From positions 65,215 to 129,214 of the forward strand of contig CAZAVK010000001.1 in the NCBI GenBank assembly GCA_964488645.1: 64,000 nt of DNA, given 5' to 3'. The notes beneath the pieces are model-generated. The model ran no database searches. It was not told the DNA's origin and saw nothing but the letters and a program-made list of their open reading frames with translations. The translations under genes and the position numbers were made by a program. Shown in pieces: positions 45,940 through 54,966 of the stretch. Within the stretch, counting starts at the first letter, position 1; each line of letters opens with the position of its first letter. The DNA is from an uncultured Rikenella sp. GTDB lineage: Bacteria; Bacteroidota; Bacteroidia; Bacteroidales; VadinHA17.

Positions 45940-46631
45940 TATTTCACGATTGCCAGCAGTTCAACTTCAAAGATAAGCGTCGAGAAGGGAGGAATGGTTG
46001 ATCTGCCCTCTTCGCCGTAGGCAAGCTCATACGGGATAAAGAACTTGAATTTCGATCCTACGGGCATCAGTTGCAGGCCCTCCTGCCAGCCCTGGATCAC
46101 CTGGCCGACATAGAATTCCGAAGGCTCGCCACGGCTGACCGATGAGTCAAACTCCGTCCCGTCGACGAGGGTACCGGTATAATGCACCCTCACCTGATCT
46201 TCCGGCCCGGGCTTCTCACCGGTACCCATTGTAATAACCTCATACTGCAGCCCGCTGGTGGTCTCCATCACCCCTTCACGCTTCTTGTTTTCGGCAAGAA
46301 ACTTCTCGCTTGCATCGATATTTGACTGGTACTCCTTTTTCATCCGGTCAACCTGCAGCCTGTGCATGTAGTTGTCAAGGAACATCCTTGCCTCCATGTC
46401 ATTCAGGGTGTTCTTCTTGTCTTTGGCATCGAGCATACCCTTGGCCATCAGAACCGGATCGATCTCCAGTTGAAAGTTCTCGGTATAAAAAGTGTAGTTT
46501 GCAATGCCAAGCGCATAGGCAAGTGAATCATCAACAGTCTTTACCTTTGTGGAAGTCACTGAAGATTTTGTGTTGCATGATGTGATGAGTGCTGCAATCA
46601 GAGTCAGAACAACTAATCCTTTGATTTTCAT
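45939..46631 (-). CDS. FKBP-type peptidyl-prolyl isomerase, lipoprotein
   Basis: C-terminal FKBP domain (VHYTGTLVDGTEFDSS ... PPFSTLIFEVELL). Start trimmed to the ATG at 46631 (MKIKGLVVLTLIAALITSC). Confidence 0.85.
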   Translation of the reverse strand: MKIKGLVVLTLIAALITSCNTKSSVTSTKVKTVDDSLAYALGIANYTFYTENFQLEIDPVLMAKGMLDAKDKKNTLNDMEARMFLDNYMHRLQVDRMKKEYQSNIDASEKFLAENKKREGVMETTSGLQYEVITMGTGEKPGPEDQVRVHYTGTLVDGTEFDSSVSRGEPSEFYVGQVIQGWQEGLQLMPVGSKFKFFIPYELAYGEEGRSTIPPFSTLIFEVELLAIVK

Positions 46632-46683
46632 GATATGTTTGTGAATTTTAGATTGTGGCAAATATAGTGATTTGATTGGCATG

Positions 46684-47382
46684 TCACGGTTCCCGCTCGG
46701 CTTTTATTACCTCCAACAGTTCGACTTCAAATATCAGTGTCTCAAACGGCTTTATCACGTTTCCGGCCCCTCTCTCTCCGTAACCCAGGTCATATGGTAT
46801 GAAAAGAATTGCCTGTGACCCCTCCTTCATGAGCTGCAGTCCTTCGGTCCATCCCTTGATTACCTGGTTGAGCCTGAACTGTGCCGGTTCCCCGCGGTCA
46901 TATGATGAGTCAAATTGTCTGCCATCAATGGTTTTGCCCATGTAGTGCACCTTGACAATATCTTCGGGGCCCGGTTTTGCGCCGGTACCCTCCTTGAGAA
47001 GTTTGAACTGCAGTCCGCTGGCAGTTACCACCACCCCTTCATTACGCGCATTTGCTTCAAGCCATGCCCTGGCTGAGTCTATCTGGGGCCGGTATTCGGT
47101 CATCAGGCGTTCCTGCTGCATCTTCTGCATATAATTTACAATAAATGTATTGGCTTCGGTGTCGTTCATCAGAGGCTTCTGATTGGAGGCATCGGTCATC
47201 CCCTCAGAGAAGAGTCTGGGGTTGACGGAAATATTTTCCTGCTTGTAGTAAATATATGTCACTACGCCCAGTGCATAGGAGAGTGAGTCGCCGGTATCGG
47301 CAAGCCTCGATTTCTGGGCTTTCGCCGGAGTGATTGCCATTATGGAGGCAACTGAGACAAGGATTGTTTTTAAAGCTTTCAT
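46684..47382 (-). CDS. FKBP-type peptidyl-prolyl isomerase, secreted
   Basis: Paralogue of the previous gene (VHYMGKTIDGRQFDSS ... KPFETLIFEVELL) with a signal peptide. Confidence 0.85.
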   Translation of the reverse strand: MKALKTILVSVASIMAITPAKAQKSRLADTGDSLSYALGVVTYIYYKQENISVNPRLFSEGMTDASNQKPLMNDTEANTFIVNYMQKMQQERLMTEYRPQIDSARAWLEANARNEGVVVTASGLQFKLLKEGTGAKPGPEDIVKVHYMGKTIDGRQFDSSYDRGEPAQFRLNQVIKGWTEGLQLMKEGSQAILFIPYDLGYGERGAGNVIKPFETLIFEVELLEVIKAEREP

Positions 47383-47456
47383 CGCATCTGGATTTGGTTA
47401 ATGCTGTCGGGCAGCGCTGGTTGCTGCGTCTGTCAGCGGCACAAAGATATCACAAT

Positions 47457-48254
47457 TCATTTCCTGACTGCACGGGTTATCACTCTTTTCCCCGGGGGGC
47501 CGGGCAGCAGTGTCACCACGAAGCCTATACTTCGCAGCATCCTTTTCACGGTGCCTTTGGCTGAGTAGGTTACCAGTACGCTTCCCTGCCGGGTTACTGC
47601 CCCGACAGCCTGCAGCACTGTGCTGCTCCACATCTCAGGCTGTTTGTCCGGACCAAAGGCATCGAAATAGATGAGGTCATATAGGCCTGCCGGTGCTTCG
47701 GTGGTTATGTCAGTCAGTCGCTTCTCGATGGTGAACCACTCATTCAGAACGAAGGGGGTATCCCACGGGGCTTCATGGAGTGCGCGGTATATCTGCTCTC
47801 CTTCCCGGCCGGTAAGGTTACCGTAGTTGAGCCGGCCGGTTACGGAGGGGGGCAGCGGCTCTTTTTCGAGGCTCACATAGCATACTCTTTGTTTGCGTTC
47901 TGCCGCCCGTAGGGCAGTCAGAAGCGCATTGAGCCCGGTGCCGAAGCCCACCTCCAGGAGCGTGATCTTATGGTGAGGGAGGGGGGAGAAGGCGTATGTG
48001 CCGGGAGTGTCTGTCAGGTTGTAGCCTGATCTGAGTGGCCGGCCGGAGGTGTCTGATGGGGGCGGAGTGACAGTGCCGGGAGTGTGGGGCAGGGCAGCCT
48101 CTGACCGGATAAGACTCTCCAGTCCTGCTTCTATAAAGATGTGCCTTGACTCGGTGATGGCGCCATGGAGAGAGTGGTAGTGCTCATCCATCCACGGCAG
48201 GTAGAGGGTATGTGAGCCATCGGCGGTCACCCTGATCTCAGGCACCCTCTTCAT
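47457..48254 (-). CDS. MnmD-like tRNA (mnm5s2U34) SAM-dependent methyltransferase (MnmC C-terminal-domain homologue)
   Basis: LEVGFGTGLN SAM motif and YFDAFGPDKQPEMW. The ATG at 48254 overlaps the upstream stop by 1 nt. Contains a ~45 aa Pro/Thr-rich insertion. Confidence 0.65.
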   Translation of the reverse strand: MKRVPEIRVTADGSHTLYLPWMDEHYHSLHGAITESRHIFIEAGLESLIRSEAALPHTPGTVTPPPSDTSGRPLRSGYNLTDTPGTYAFSPLPHHKITLLEVGFGTGLNALLTALRAAERKQRVCYVSLEKEPLPPSVTGRLNYGNLTGREGEQIYRALHEAPWDTPFVLNEWFTIEKRLTDITTEAPAGLYDLIYFDAFGPDKQPEMWSSTVLQAVGAVTRQGSVLVTYSAKGTVKRMLRSIGFVVTLLPGPPGKRVITRAVRK

Positions 48255-48904
48255 CACTTAATCTCCGGCATGGTCTCTTGTCCGGCTTTGCTGCCATTGC
48301 CCTGCCAGTCAGAGGTGTACCATGAGCGGACGTCAGTGGCGATCATGCCTGCCCGCCTGGCGGCCTCGATACCCAGGTCGCCATCCTCGAAGACCTCACA
48401 GGCAGAGGGGTCGAGCCCCATCTGCCGGGCGCACGTGAGGAAGGTCTCAGGATGGGGCTTGTGGTTGGTGACATCATTGGCAGTAACAATAATATCAAAG
48501 CACTCTCTCAGTCCGATCACCTCGAGTGTCTTCTCCACCGCCCTGCGGTGCCCGCCGGTGCCGACGGCCATAGGCAGCATGCCATGGTAGCGGCATACCA
48601 GCCGTGTGACCGGCTCTATCGGCCTGACGTTATGCTGCAGTGAGATGAACTCATCCATCTTCACTTCCAGGATCTCCAGCGCCTCTATCTTGCCACTCAT
48701 GCCGTTGACCCTCAGCACCTCCTCGGCGATCTTCCACCCGGGTGCCCCGGTAAGTGCCTGCAGCAGGTGCGGATCCATCACCAGCCCATAGCGGAGGCAC
48801 GCCTGCTGCCACGCCCTGTAATGCCACGGCATACTGTCGGCGAGGGTGCCGTCAAGATCGAATATCAGCCCCTTCACCCCGGGGGTAATGTCATAGTTGT
48901 TCAT
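48254..48904 (-). CDS. HAD-superfamily hydrolase (beta-phosphoglucomutase-like subfamily)
   Basis: FDLDGTLADS motif I and downstream HAD motifs. The ORF-track start at 48934 is GTG, so I trimmed to the ATG at 48904. Confidence 0.8.
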   Translation of the reverse strand: MNNYDITPGVKGLIFDLDGTLADSMPWHYRAWQQACLRYGLVMDPHLLQALTGAPGWKIAEEVLRVNGMSGKIEALEILEVKMDEFISLQHNVRPIEPVTRLVCRYHGMLPMAVGTGGHRRAVEKTLEVIGLRECFDIIVTANDVTNHKPHPETFLTCARQMGLDPSACEVFEDGDLGIEAARRAGMIATDVRSWYTSDWQGNGSKAGQETMPEIK

Positions 48905-49073
48905 TACGGTGCAAGGTTTCGGCAATGCGGTCACTGCCCTCTATAATGGCTGCAAAGGTAAACAAAAGGAGCATACCCTGACGAGAGTGGCTGCTCCGGC
49001 GCTGCCGCCTGCGTCTGTTGAATCCTTGGAGTGTATTGCCTGCGTCTGTTGAATTCCTGCGGCGTACTGCCTG

Positions 49074-51110
49074 CTAATCCCTTCCCAGGAATCTCTTCAC
49101 TTCGGCCGCCACATTAACGGCGGTGAACCCGAGCTTCTCATCGAGCACCTTGTATGGTGCGGAGAACCCGAAGCTCTCCAATCCCCATATACGCCCTTCC
49201 GGGCCTGCCAGTCCCAGCATGGTAACAGGCAGTCCGGCCGTCAGGCAGAACCTTGGTATGCCGGGGGTGAGCACACTGTTGCGGTATTTCTCATCCTGCT
49301 GGCGGAACAATCCCTCTGACGGCACGGAGACAATCCTTGCTGCTATCCCTGCCTCACCCAGGATGGCTGCCGCCTCAACGAGGGTGGCCACCTCTGACCC
49401 GCTGGCTACAAGTATTATGTCAGGCTTTCCGCCGGCTCCCGAGATCACGTAGGCGCCCTTTGCGGCCCCTTCTGCAGCCTCTTCCCTGCTGCATCCTTCG
49501 GCGGGCAGCGTGGTGATATTCTGTCGCGAGAGTATTAGTGCGGTGGGAGTAGCGGTATTCTCCAGTGCCAGCTTCCATGCAACATTGGTTTCAATGGCAT
49601 CTGCCGGGCGTAGCACCAGCATGCTGTTCCCGCCACGGTGATTCTTCAGGTGTTCCATAAGGCGTATCTGCGCCTCCTGCTCCACAGGCTGGTGTGTCGG
49701 GCCGTCTTCTCCGACGCGGAATGCGTCGTGGGTCCAGACATACTTCACCGGCAACCCCATCAGGGCCGCCAGTCTCACTGCCGGTTTCATGAAGTCAGAG
49801 AATACGAAGAATGTGCCGCAGACAGGTATCACGCCGCCGTGCAGAGCCAGTCCGTTCATGATGGCAGCCATGGTAAGCTCGGAGACGCCGGCATGCAGGA
49901 ATCCGCCTGAAAAGTCGCCCCTGACCAGCGGCTTGCTCTTCTTCAGGAAGCCGTCAGTCTTGTCTGAGTTGGCCAGGTCAGCAGATGAGACTATCATATT
50001 GGGTATCGTCTCAGCGAAGTGAGACAGCAGCAGCGCTGATGCGTTGCGTGTGGCATCATTCTCCTTCTGCCTTACCCGGCTCAGGTCAAGCGACGGCACC
50101 CTGCCAGACCAGAACTGTTCAAGCTGTGCGGCGGCGGCAGGGTTCTCTGCTGCCCAGGCCTCTCTCTTTCTCTTCCACGCCTCTGCCACGGTTCGCTTGG
50201 CTGCCAGCCTTTCACCATAGAGCTCTCTGACATCACTGTATATTGCAAACGGATTGTCGGGGTCACCCCCGAGGCTGCTGACGGTTTTCCGGAACGATGC
50301 GCCCGCCTGGGAGACAGGCTGGCCGTGTGTTGATGTACGGCCTTCGAAGCTGTTGCCCTCCTCGTCAATCAGTCCCCTGCCCATCACCGTTTTGCCGACT
50401 ATCAGTACCGGTTTCTCGTTCTCATCAATGGCCAGTCTCAGGGCTCCGCGTATCTGGTCATGGCTGTGCCCGTCTATCTCCATCACCCGCCATCCCCAGG
50501 CCTTGTACTTTGCAGCGGTATCTTCGGAGGTGACAGCGGCAGTATCGGTTGAGAGCTGTATCTCATTTGAGTCAAAGAACATTATCAGGTTACTGAGCCC
50601 CAGGTGGCCGGCCAGCCGGCCTGCTCCCTGCGAGATCTCCTCCTGTATCCCGCCGTCTGATATGTAGGCGTAGGTCTTGTGTTCAAACAGCCTTCCGAAC
50701 CTTGCTGCGAGGAACCGTTCGGCTATCGCCGCCCCGACTGCCATGGCATGCCCCTGTCCCAGCGGTCCGGAAGTGTTCTCGACACCTCTCCTGACATCAA
50801 GCTCGGGATGGCCCGGGGTCACGCTGCCCCACTGACGGAACTGCAGTATGTCATCCGGTGAGTAGCGCCCGGTAAGCAGCAGCACCGAATAGAGCATCGG
50901 CGACATGTGCCCCGGATCGAGGAAGAACCTGTCACGGTTGATCCACTCCGGGTCAGCCGGATCAAACTGCAGGAATTCGGAAAAGAGAAGGTGGATAAAG
51001 TCTGCTCCGCCCATGGCGCCGCCGGGATGACCCGAACGGGCGTTCTCAACCATTGCCATAGAGAGGATCCTGATGTTGTCAGCAGCACGCTCGTTTACAT
51101 TCTTTGTCAT
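49074..51110 (-). CDS. tkt: Transketolase
   Basis: SGHPGGAMG thiamine-diphosphate motif. Full three-domain length of 678 aa. Confidence 0.95.
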   Translation of the reverse strand: MTKNVNERAADNIRILSMAMVENARSGHPGGAMGGADFIHLLFSEFLQFDPADPEWINRDRFFLDPGHMSPMLYSVLLLTGRYSPDDILQFRQWGSVTPGHPELDVRRGVENTSGPLGQGHAMAVGAAIAERFLAARFGRLFEHKTYAYISDGGIQEEISQGAGRLAGHLGLSNLIMFFDSNEIQLSTDTAAVTSEDTAAKYKAWGWRVMEIDGHSHDQIRGALRLAIDENEKPVLIVGKTVMGRGLIDEEGNSFEGRTSTHGQPVSQAGASFRKTVSSLGGDPDNPFAIYSDVRELYGERLAAKRTVAEAWKRKREAWAAENPAAAAQLEQFWSGRVPSLDLSRVRQKENDATRNASALLLSHFAETIPNMIVSSADLANSDKTDGFLKKSKPLVRGDFSGGFLHAGVSELTMAAIMNGLALHGGVIPVCGTFFVFSDFMKPAVRLAALMGLPVKYVWTHDAFRVGEDGPTHQPVEQEAQIRLMEHLKNHRGGNSMLVLRPADAIETNVAWKLALENTATPTALILSRQNITTLPAEGCSREEAAEGAAKGAYVISGAGGKPDIILVASGSEVATLVEAAAILGEAGIAARIVSVPSEGLFRQQDEKYRNSVLTPGIPRFCLTAGLPVTMLGLAGPEGRIWGLESFGFSAPYKVLDEKLGFTAVNVAAEVKRFLGRD

Positions 51111-51327
51111 GATGATGATGTCCTGATTGGTGTCGAGGGTAAAAATAGGGAAAAAAGTGCTCTCTCACGATCCCGCTCTCACCTTTCTTCCAAAGCATGC
51201 TCGGCGGCATTAATTTCTCAAAACATGACATAAGTAAGCTTTTGTCACGTTTTATTGTTATTAATTTCACAACTGAATTCCGGTTATCATTCTCCGGTAG
51301 GGATTAACAATTAAAACCGTTATAGAG

Positions 51328-51792
51328 ATGTATCAAACAGGTAACATGGTGAAGGAGTTGGCAGACAAATACGGGCGGAAGAGGGAGAGCCTCATGCCAA
51401 TCCTTCAGGACATTGTAAAGAAACACAATTACCTCTCAGACGATGCCATGGTTCAGGTTGCCACTGAGCTTGACATTTCGGCTGCAGAGGTTTACGGAAC
51501 GGCATCGTTCTACACCTTCCTTGACACCGAGTTGAGGGGAAAGTATGTGATCAGGGTCTGCAAGACCATCACCTGCTCAATGAAGGGCAAGAGTGACATT
51601 ATCAGCACCATTGAGGATATCCTGAAGATCAGGGTTGGTCAGACCACCCCTGACAGGATGTTCACCCTGCTTGAGACCAACTGCATCGGGTGGTGCCACA
51701 AGGCTCCGGCAATGCTGATCAATGACATGCCTTACATTGATCTGACCCCTGAGACGGTTATCGATGTTATTAAAGGTTATATGCAAAAATAG
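51328..51792 (+). CDS. NuoE/HydC-like thioredoxin-fold [2Fe-2S] subunit
   Basis: Cys pattern VCKTITC ... NCIGWC. First gene of the hydrogenase operon. Confidence 0.85.
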   Translation: MYQTGNMVKELADKYGRKRESLMPILQDIVKKHNYLSDDAMVQVATELDISAAEVYGTASFYTFLDTELRGKYVIRVCKTITCSMKGKSDIISTIEDILKIRVGQTTPDRMFTLLETNCIGWCHKAPAMLINDMPYIDLTPETVIDVIKGYMQK

Positions 51793-51807
51793 AGAGGAGG
51801 CACTGCA

Positions 51808-52968
51808 ATGAAAAGCAAAGGACTTACCAAGGTAGATCTAATATTTGAGACCGTAGATGTCAGAGAGGTGCTTGCCAAAGCCTTCTCGATGACCGGTGAA
51901 GAGATCATTCAGCAGGTTCTTGATTCAGGTCTGAGGGGCAGAGGCGGTGCCGGGTTTCCCACCGGGATGAAGTGGAGGTTTACGGCTGCAGAGAAGGATC
52001 CTGAGAAATATGTTGTCTGCAACGCTGATGAGGGTGAACCGGGGACCTTCAAGGACCGGGAGATCCTCGACCGTGTGGCTTGCAAGGTTTATGCCGGAAT
52101 GACCATTGCCGGCTATGCCATGGGTGCAAAAAAAGGCTACATCTATCTGCGTGGCGAGTACAGGTTCCTCCTTCCCCAGCTTTACCTTGACCTGGAGAGG
52201 TTTCACAAGATGATAGCCGAGATAGGCTATGACTTCAACATTGAGTTCCGCATGGGCAGCGGCGCCTATATCTGCGGTGAGGAGAGCGCCCTTTTCGAGT
52301 CGATCGAGGGCTATCGCGGCGAACCGCGCAACAAGCCTCCCTATCCGACGGTTGCCGGCCTCTTCAGCAAGCCTACCTCGATCAACAACGTGGAGACACT
52401 GGTCACCGCGATGATGATCATTGCCAAGGGGCCTGAGGAGTATGTGAAGCTGGGTACCAAGGACTCACGCGGCTCGAAGGTCTTCTCAATCTCAGGCGAT
52501 ACTCCCATACCCGGCATTTTTGAGCTGGAGCTGGGGATGACTGTCCAGGAGTTTGTGGATGAGTTTGGTGATGGCGACACCAAGGCGGTACAGGTTGGCG
52601 GTGCGTCTGGCTTCTGTGTGCCGCGCAAGCGGTTTGCAGACACCATAATAGGGTTTGAGGGTGTTCCTACCGGCGGCTCGATGAAGCTCTTCAACAGCTC
52701 GCGTTCGATGTACAATGTGCTTCACAACTATCTCGACTTTTTCACCGAGGAGTCATGCGGTCAGTGTACGCCCTGCCGCGTGGGAACCCAGCAGCTGCTC
52801 AAGGGGGTGGAGAAGGTAAAGAAGGGAGAGGCCAAGTCGACCTACCTGAATGAACTTATCAAGCTGGCAGACACGATGAAGCAGGCTTCAAAGTGTGGCC
52901 TGGGGCAGTCGGTAGGCAATGCCTTCAAATCTATTGTCGAGAATTTCAGGGAAGAGATTATTTACTAA
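51808..52968 (+). CDS. NuoF/HydB-like FMN and [4Fe-4S] NAD(P)H-binding subunit (minimal form)
   Basis: Motifs GRGGAGFPTGMKW, CNADEGEPGTFKDR and ESCGQCTPCRVG. At 386 aa it has no flanking ferredoxin domains. Confidence 0.85.
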   Translation: MKSKGLTKVDLIFETVDVREVLAKAFSMTGEEIIQQVLDSGLRGRGGAGFPTGMKWRFTAAEKDPEKYVVCNADEGEPGTFKDREILDRVACKVYAGMTIAGYAMGAKKGYIYLRGEYRFLLPQLYLDLERFHKMIAEIGYDFNIEFRMGSGAYICGEESALFESIEGYRGEPRNKPPYPTVAGLFSKPTSINNVETLVTAMMIIAKGPEEYVKLGTKDSRGSKVFSISGDTPIPGIFELELGMTVQEFVDEFGDGDTKAVQVGGASGFCVPRKRFADTIIGFEGVPTGGSMKLFNSSRSMYNVLHNYLDFFTEESCGQCTPCRVGTQQLLKGVEKVKKGEAKSTYLNELIKLADTMKQASKCGLGQSVGNAFKSIVENFREEIIY

Positions 52969-52985
52969 TTCAAGCATAGAAGAAA

Positions 52986-54767
52986 ATGGTTACTCTTAAG
53001 ATAAATGATCAGGAAGTAAAGGTAGCAGAAGGCACCATGATCCTTGATGCTGCCAAAAAGCTGGGTATAATCATACCGACACTCTGTAACCACCCCGACC
53101 TTTGTGTGGCGGGCAACTGCCGCGTCTGTGTGGTTGAGCAGAAAGGCGCCAAGACGCTGGTGGCGGCATGTGCCATGCCCGTCTCGGAGGGGATGGAGAT
53201 TCAGACCAACTCGCTCAAGGTACGGAATGCCCGCAAGCATGTTGTCGAGCTGCTCCTCTCAGAGCACCGGGCCGACTGTACCAAGTGCTACAAGAACCAG
53301 AAGTGCGAGCTGCAGACCCTAGCCAATGAGTACTCCTTCGGGGAGCATCTCTTCCTTGACCTGGTTGAAGATCACAACTATGTCATTGACAGGTCTTCCC
53401 CGGCATTCCTGAAGGATGACAGCAAGTGTATCCGGTGCCAGCGCTGCGTTCGTACCTGCGCTGAACTGCAGCATGTCTCGGCCATTGCCGTTGCCAACAA
53501 GGGGGCAAAGATGAAGATCTCATCATTCCATGACCGCCCGATGAGCCATGTTGTCTGTACTAACTGCGGGCAGTGCGTCAACCGCTGTCCGACCGGCGCG
53601 CTGACCGAGAAGACCTATATAGACCATGTATGGGATGCCATCTATGACACTGACAAGCATGTGGTTGTGCAGACCGCCCCGGCCGTCAGGGTAGCTCTTG
53701 GCGAAGACCTGGGCTATGACCCGGGCGAACGGGTTACCGGCAAGATGGTCACTGCCCTGAGGCAACTGGGATTTGATTCGGTACTCGATACCGACTTCAC
53801 GGCTGACCTTACCATCATCGAAGAGGGCAATGAACTGCTTACCAGGCTCAAGAAGGTACTGGTTGAGAATGATCACAGCATGGCGCTGCCCATGTTCACT
53901 TCCTGCTCGCCGGGATGGATCAAGTTCATTGAGCACAAGTACCCGAAGCTGTTGCCCAACCTCTCCACCTGCAAGTCGCCGCAGCAGATGTTCGGCGCCC
54001 TGGCAAAGACCTTCTATGCCGAGAAGCGCAACCTTGACCCCGCCAGGGTAGTCTCGGTGTCCATCATGCCCTGTACAGCGAAGAAGTATGAGGCTGACCG
54101 GCCTGAGATGCGCTCGAGCGGGTACAAGGACATTGACTATGTGCTCACCACCCGTGAGCTGGCGGTGATGATCAAGCAGGCAGGCATCGATTTCCGTACC
54201 CTTGAACCAAGTCATTATGACTCAATCATGGGCAGCTCCACCGGTGCAGGGGTGATCTTCGGAGCTACCGGTGGCGTAATGGAAGCGGCACTCCGTACCG
54301 CCTATGAGGTGGTGACCGGCAGGCCTGTGCCTTTCAAGAACCTGAACATCACGCCGGTACGCGGCATGGACGGAGTCAAGGAGGCAACCATCAAGATCGA
54401 GGGAACCCTTGATGAGTGGAAATTCCTGGAGGGGGCTGAGCTGAATGTCGCCATTGCCCACGGCCTGGTAAATGCCAATAAGGTTGCCAGAGCCGTGAGT
54501 GAAGGGAAGGCCAATTACCACTTCATCGAGATAATGGCCTGCCCGGGCGGATGCCTCGGAGGAGGAGGCCAGCCGATTCCGACCAGCGAAGCGGTTCGCC
54601 AGAAGCGTATGGAGGCAATCTATGCCGAAGACATGCACATGGATATCAGGAAGTCACATGAGAACCCCGAGATCATCGCGATCTATGAGGAGTTCCTTGA
54701 GAAGCCCCTGGGACACAAGTCGCATGAGTTGCTCCATACATCCTACACCGTGAGGGAATCTTACTAG
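52986..54767 (+). CDS. hydA: [FeFe]-hydrogenase catalytic subunit, M3 architecture
   Basis: N-terminal [2Fe-2S] domain followed by the accessory-cluster motifs CIRCQRCVRTC and CTNCGQCVNRCP. H-cluster motifs are L1 TSCSPGW (atypical), L2 MPCTAKKYE and L3 EIMACPGGCLGGGGQP. Confidence 0.9.
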   Translation: MVTLKINDQEVKVAEGTMILDAAKKLGIIIPTLCNHPDLCVAGNCRVCVVEQKGAKTLVAACAMPVSEGMEIQTNSLKVRNARKHVVELLLSEHRADCTKCYKNQKCELQTLANEYSFGEHLFLDLVEDHNYVIDRSSPAFLKDDSKCIRCQRCVRTCAELQHVSAIAVANKGAKMKISSFHDRPMSHVVCTNCGQCVNRCPTGALTEKTYIDHVWDAIYDTDKHVVVQTAPAVRVALGEDLGYDPGERVTGKMVTALRQLGFDSVLDTDFTADLTIIEEGNELLTRLKKVLVENDHSMALPMFTSCSPGWIKFIEHKYPKLLPNLSTCKSPQQMFGALAKTFYAEKRNLDPARVVSVSIMPCTAKKYEADRPEMRSSGYKDIDYVLTTRELAVMIKQAGIDFRTLEPSHYDSIMGSSTGAGVIFGATGGVMEAALRTAYEVVTGRPVPFKNLNITPVRGMDGVKEATIKIEGTLDEWKFLEGAELNVAIAHGLVNANKVARAVSEGKANYHFIEIMACPGGCLGGGGQPIPTSEAVRQKRMEAIYAEDMHMDIRKSHENPEIIAIYEEFLEKPLGHKSHELLHTSYTVRESY

Positions 54768-54789
54768 CAGGATGAGATTGCATAATCCG

Positions 54790-54826
54790 CCGCAGAGACC
54801 TGGCTACAGAGTCTCTGCGGCTTTTT
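54790..54826 (+). terminator. Rho-independent terminator after hydA
   Basis: CCGCAGAGAC, an 11-nt loop, GTCTCTGCGG, then CTTTTT. It lies 23 nt past the stop codon. Confidence 0.8.
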
Positions 54827-54966
54827 AGGTGCCGGCCTGCGAAAAGAGCCAATATTACGAGTCATGCGAAATTTCTTTTTCTGTTCTTCAACAGAAAAAG
54901 TTGTTAAGACAGAGTTTTTCGCCAATTTAGCGTGCCGGTTATCCGGCGTCATCAATCCGAAACAAA

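Noticed and set aside
54764-54955. 63-aa minus-strand ORF in the hydA-SNF intergenic region
   Set aside because: It spans a rho-independent terminator and a second hairpin, has no motif and no upstream promoter-like box. It is most likely non-coding.
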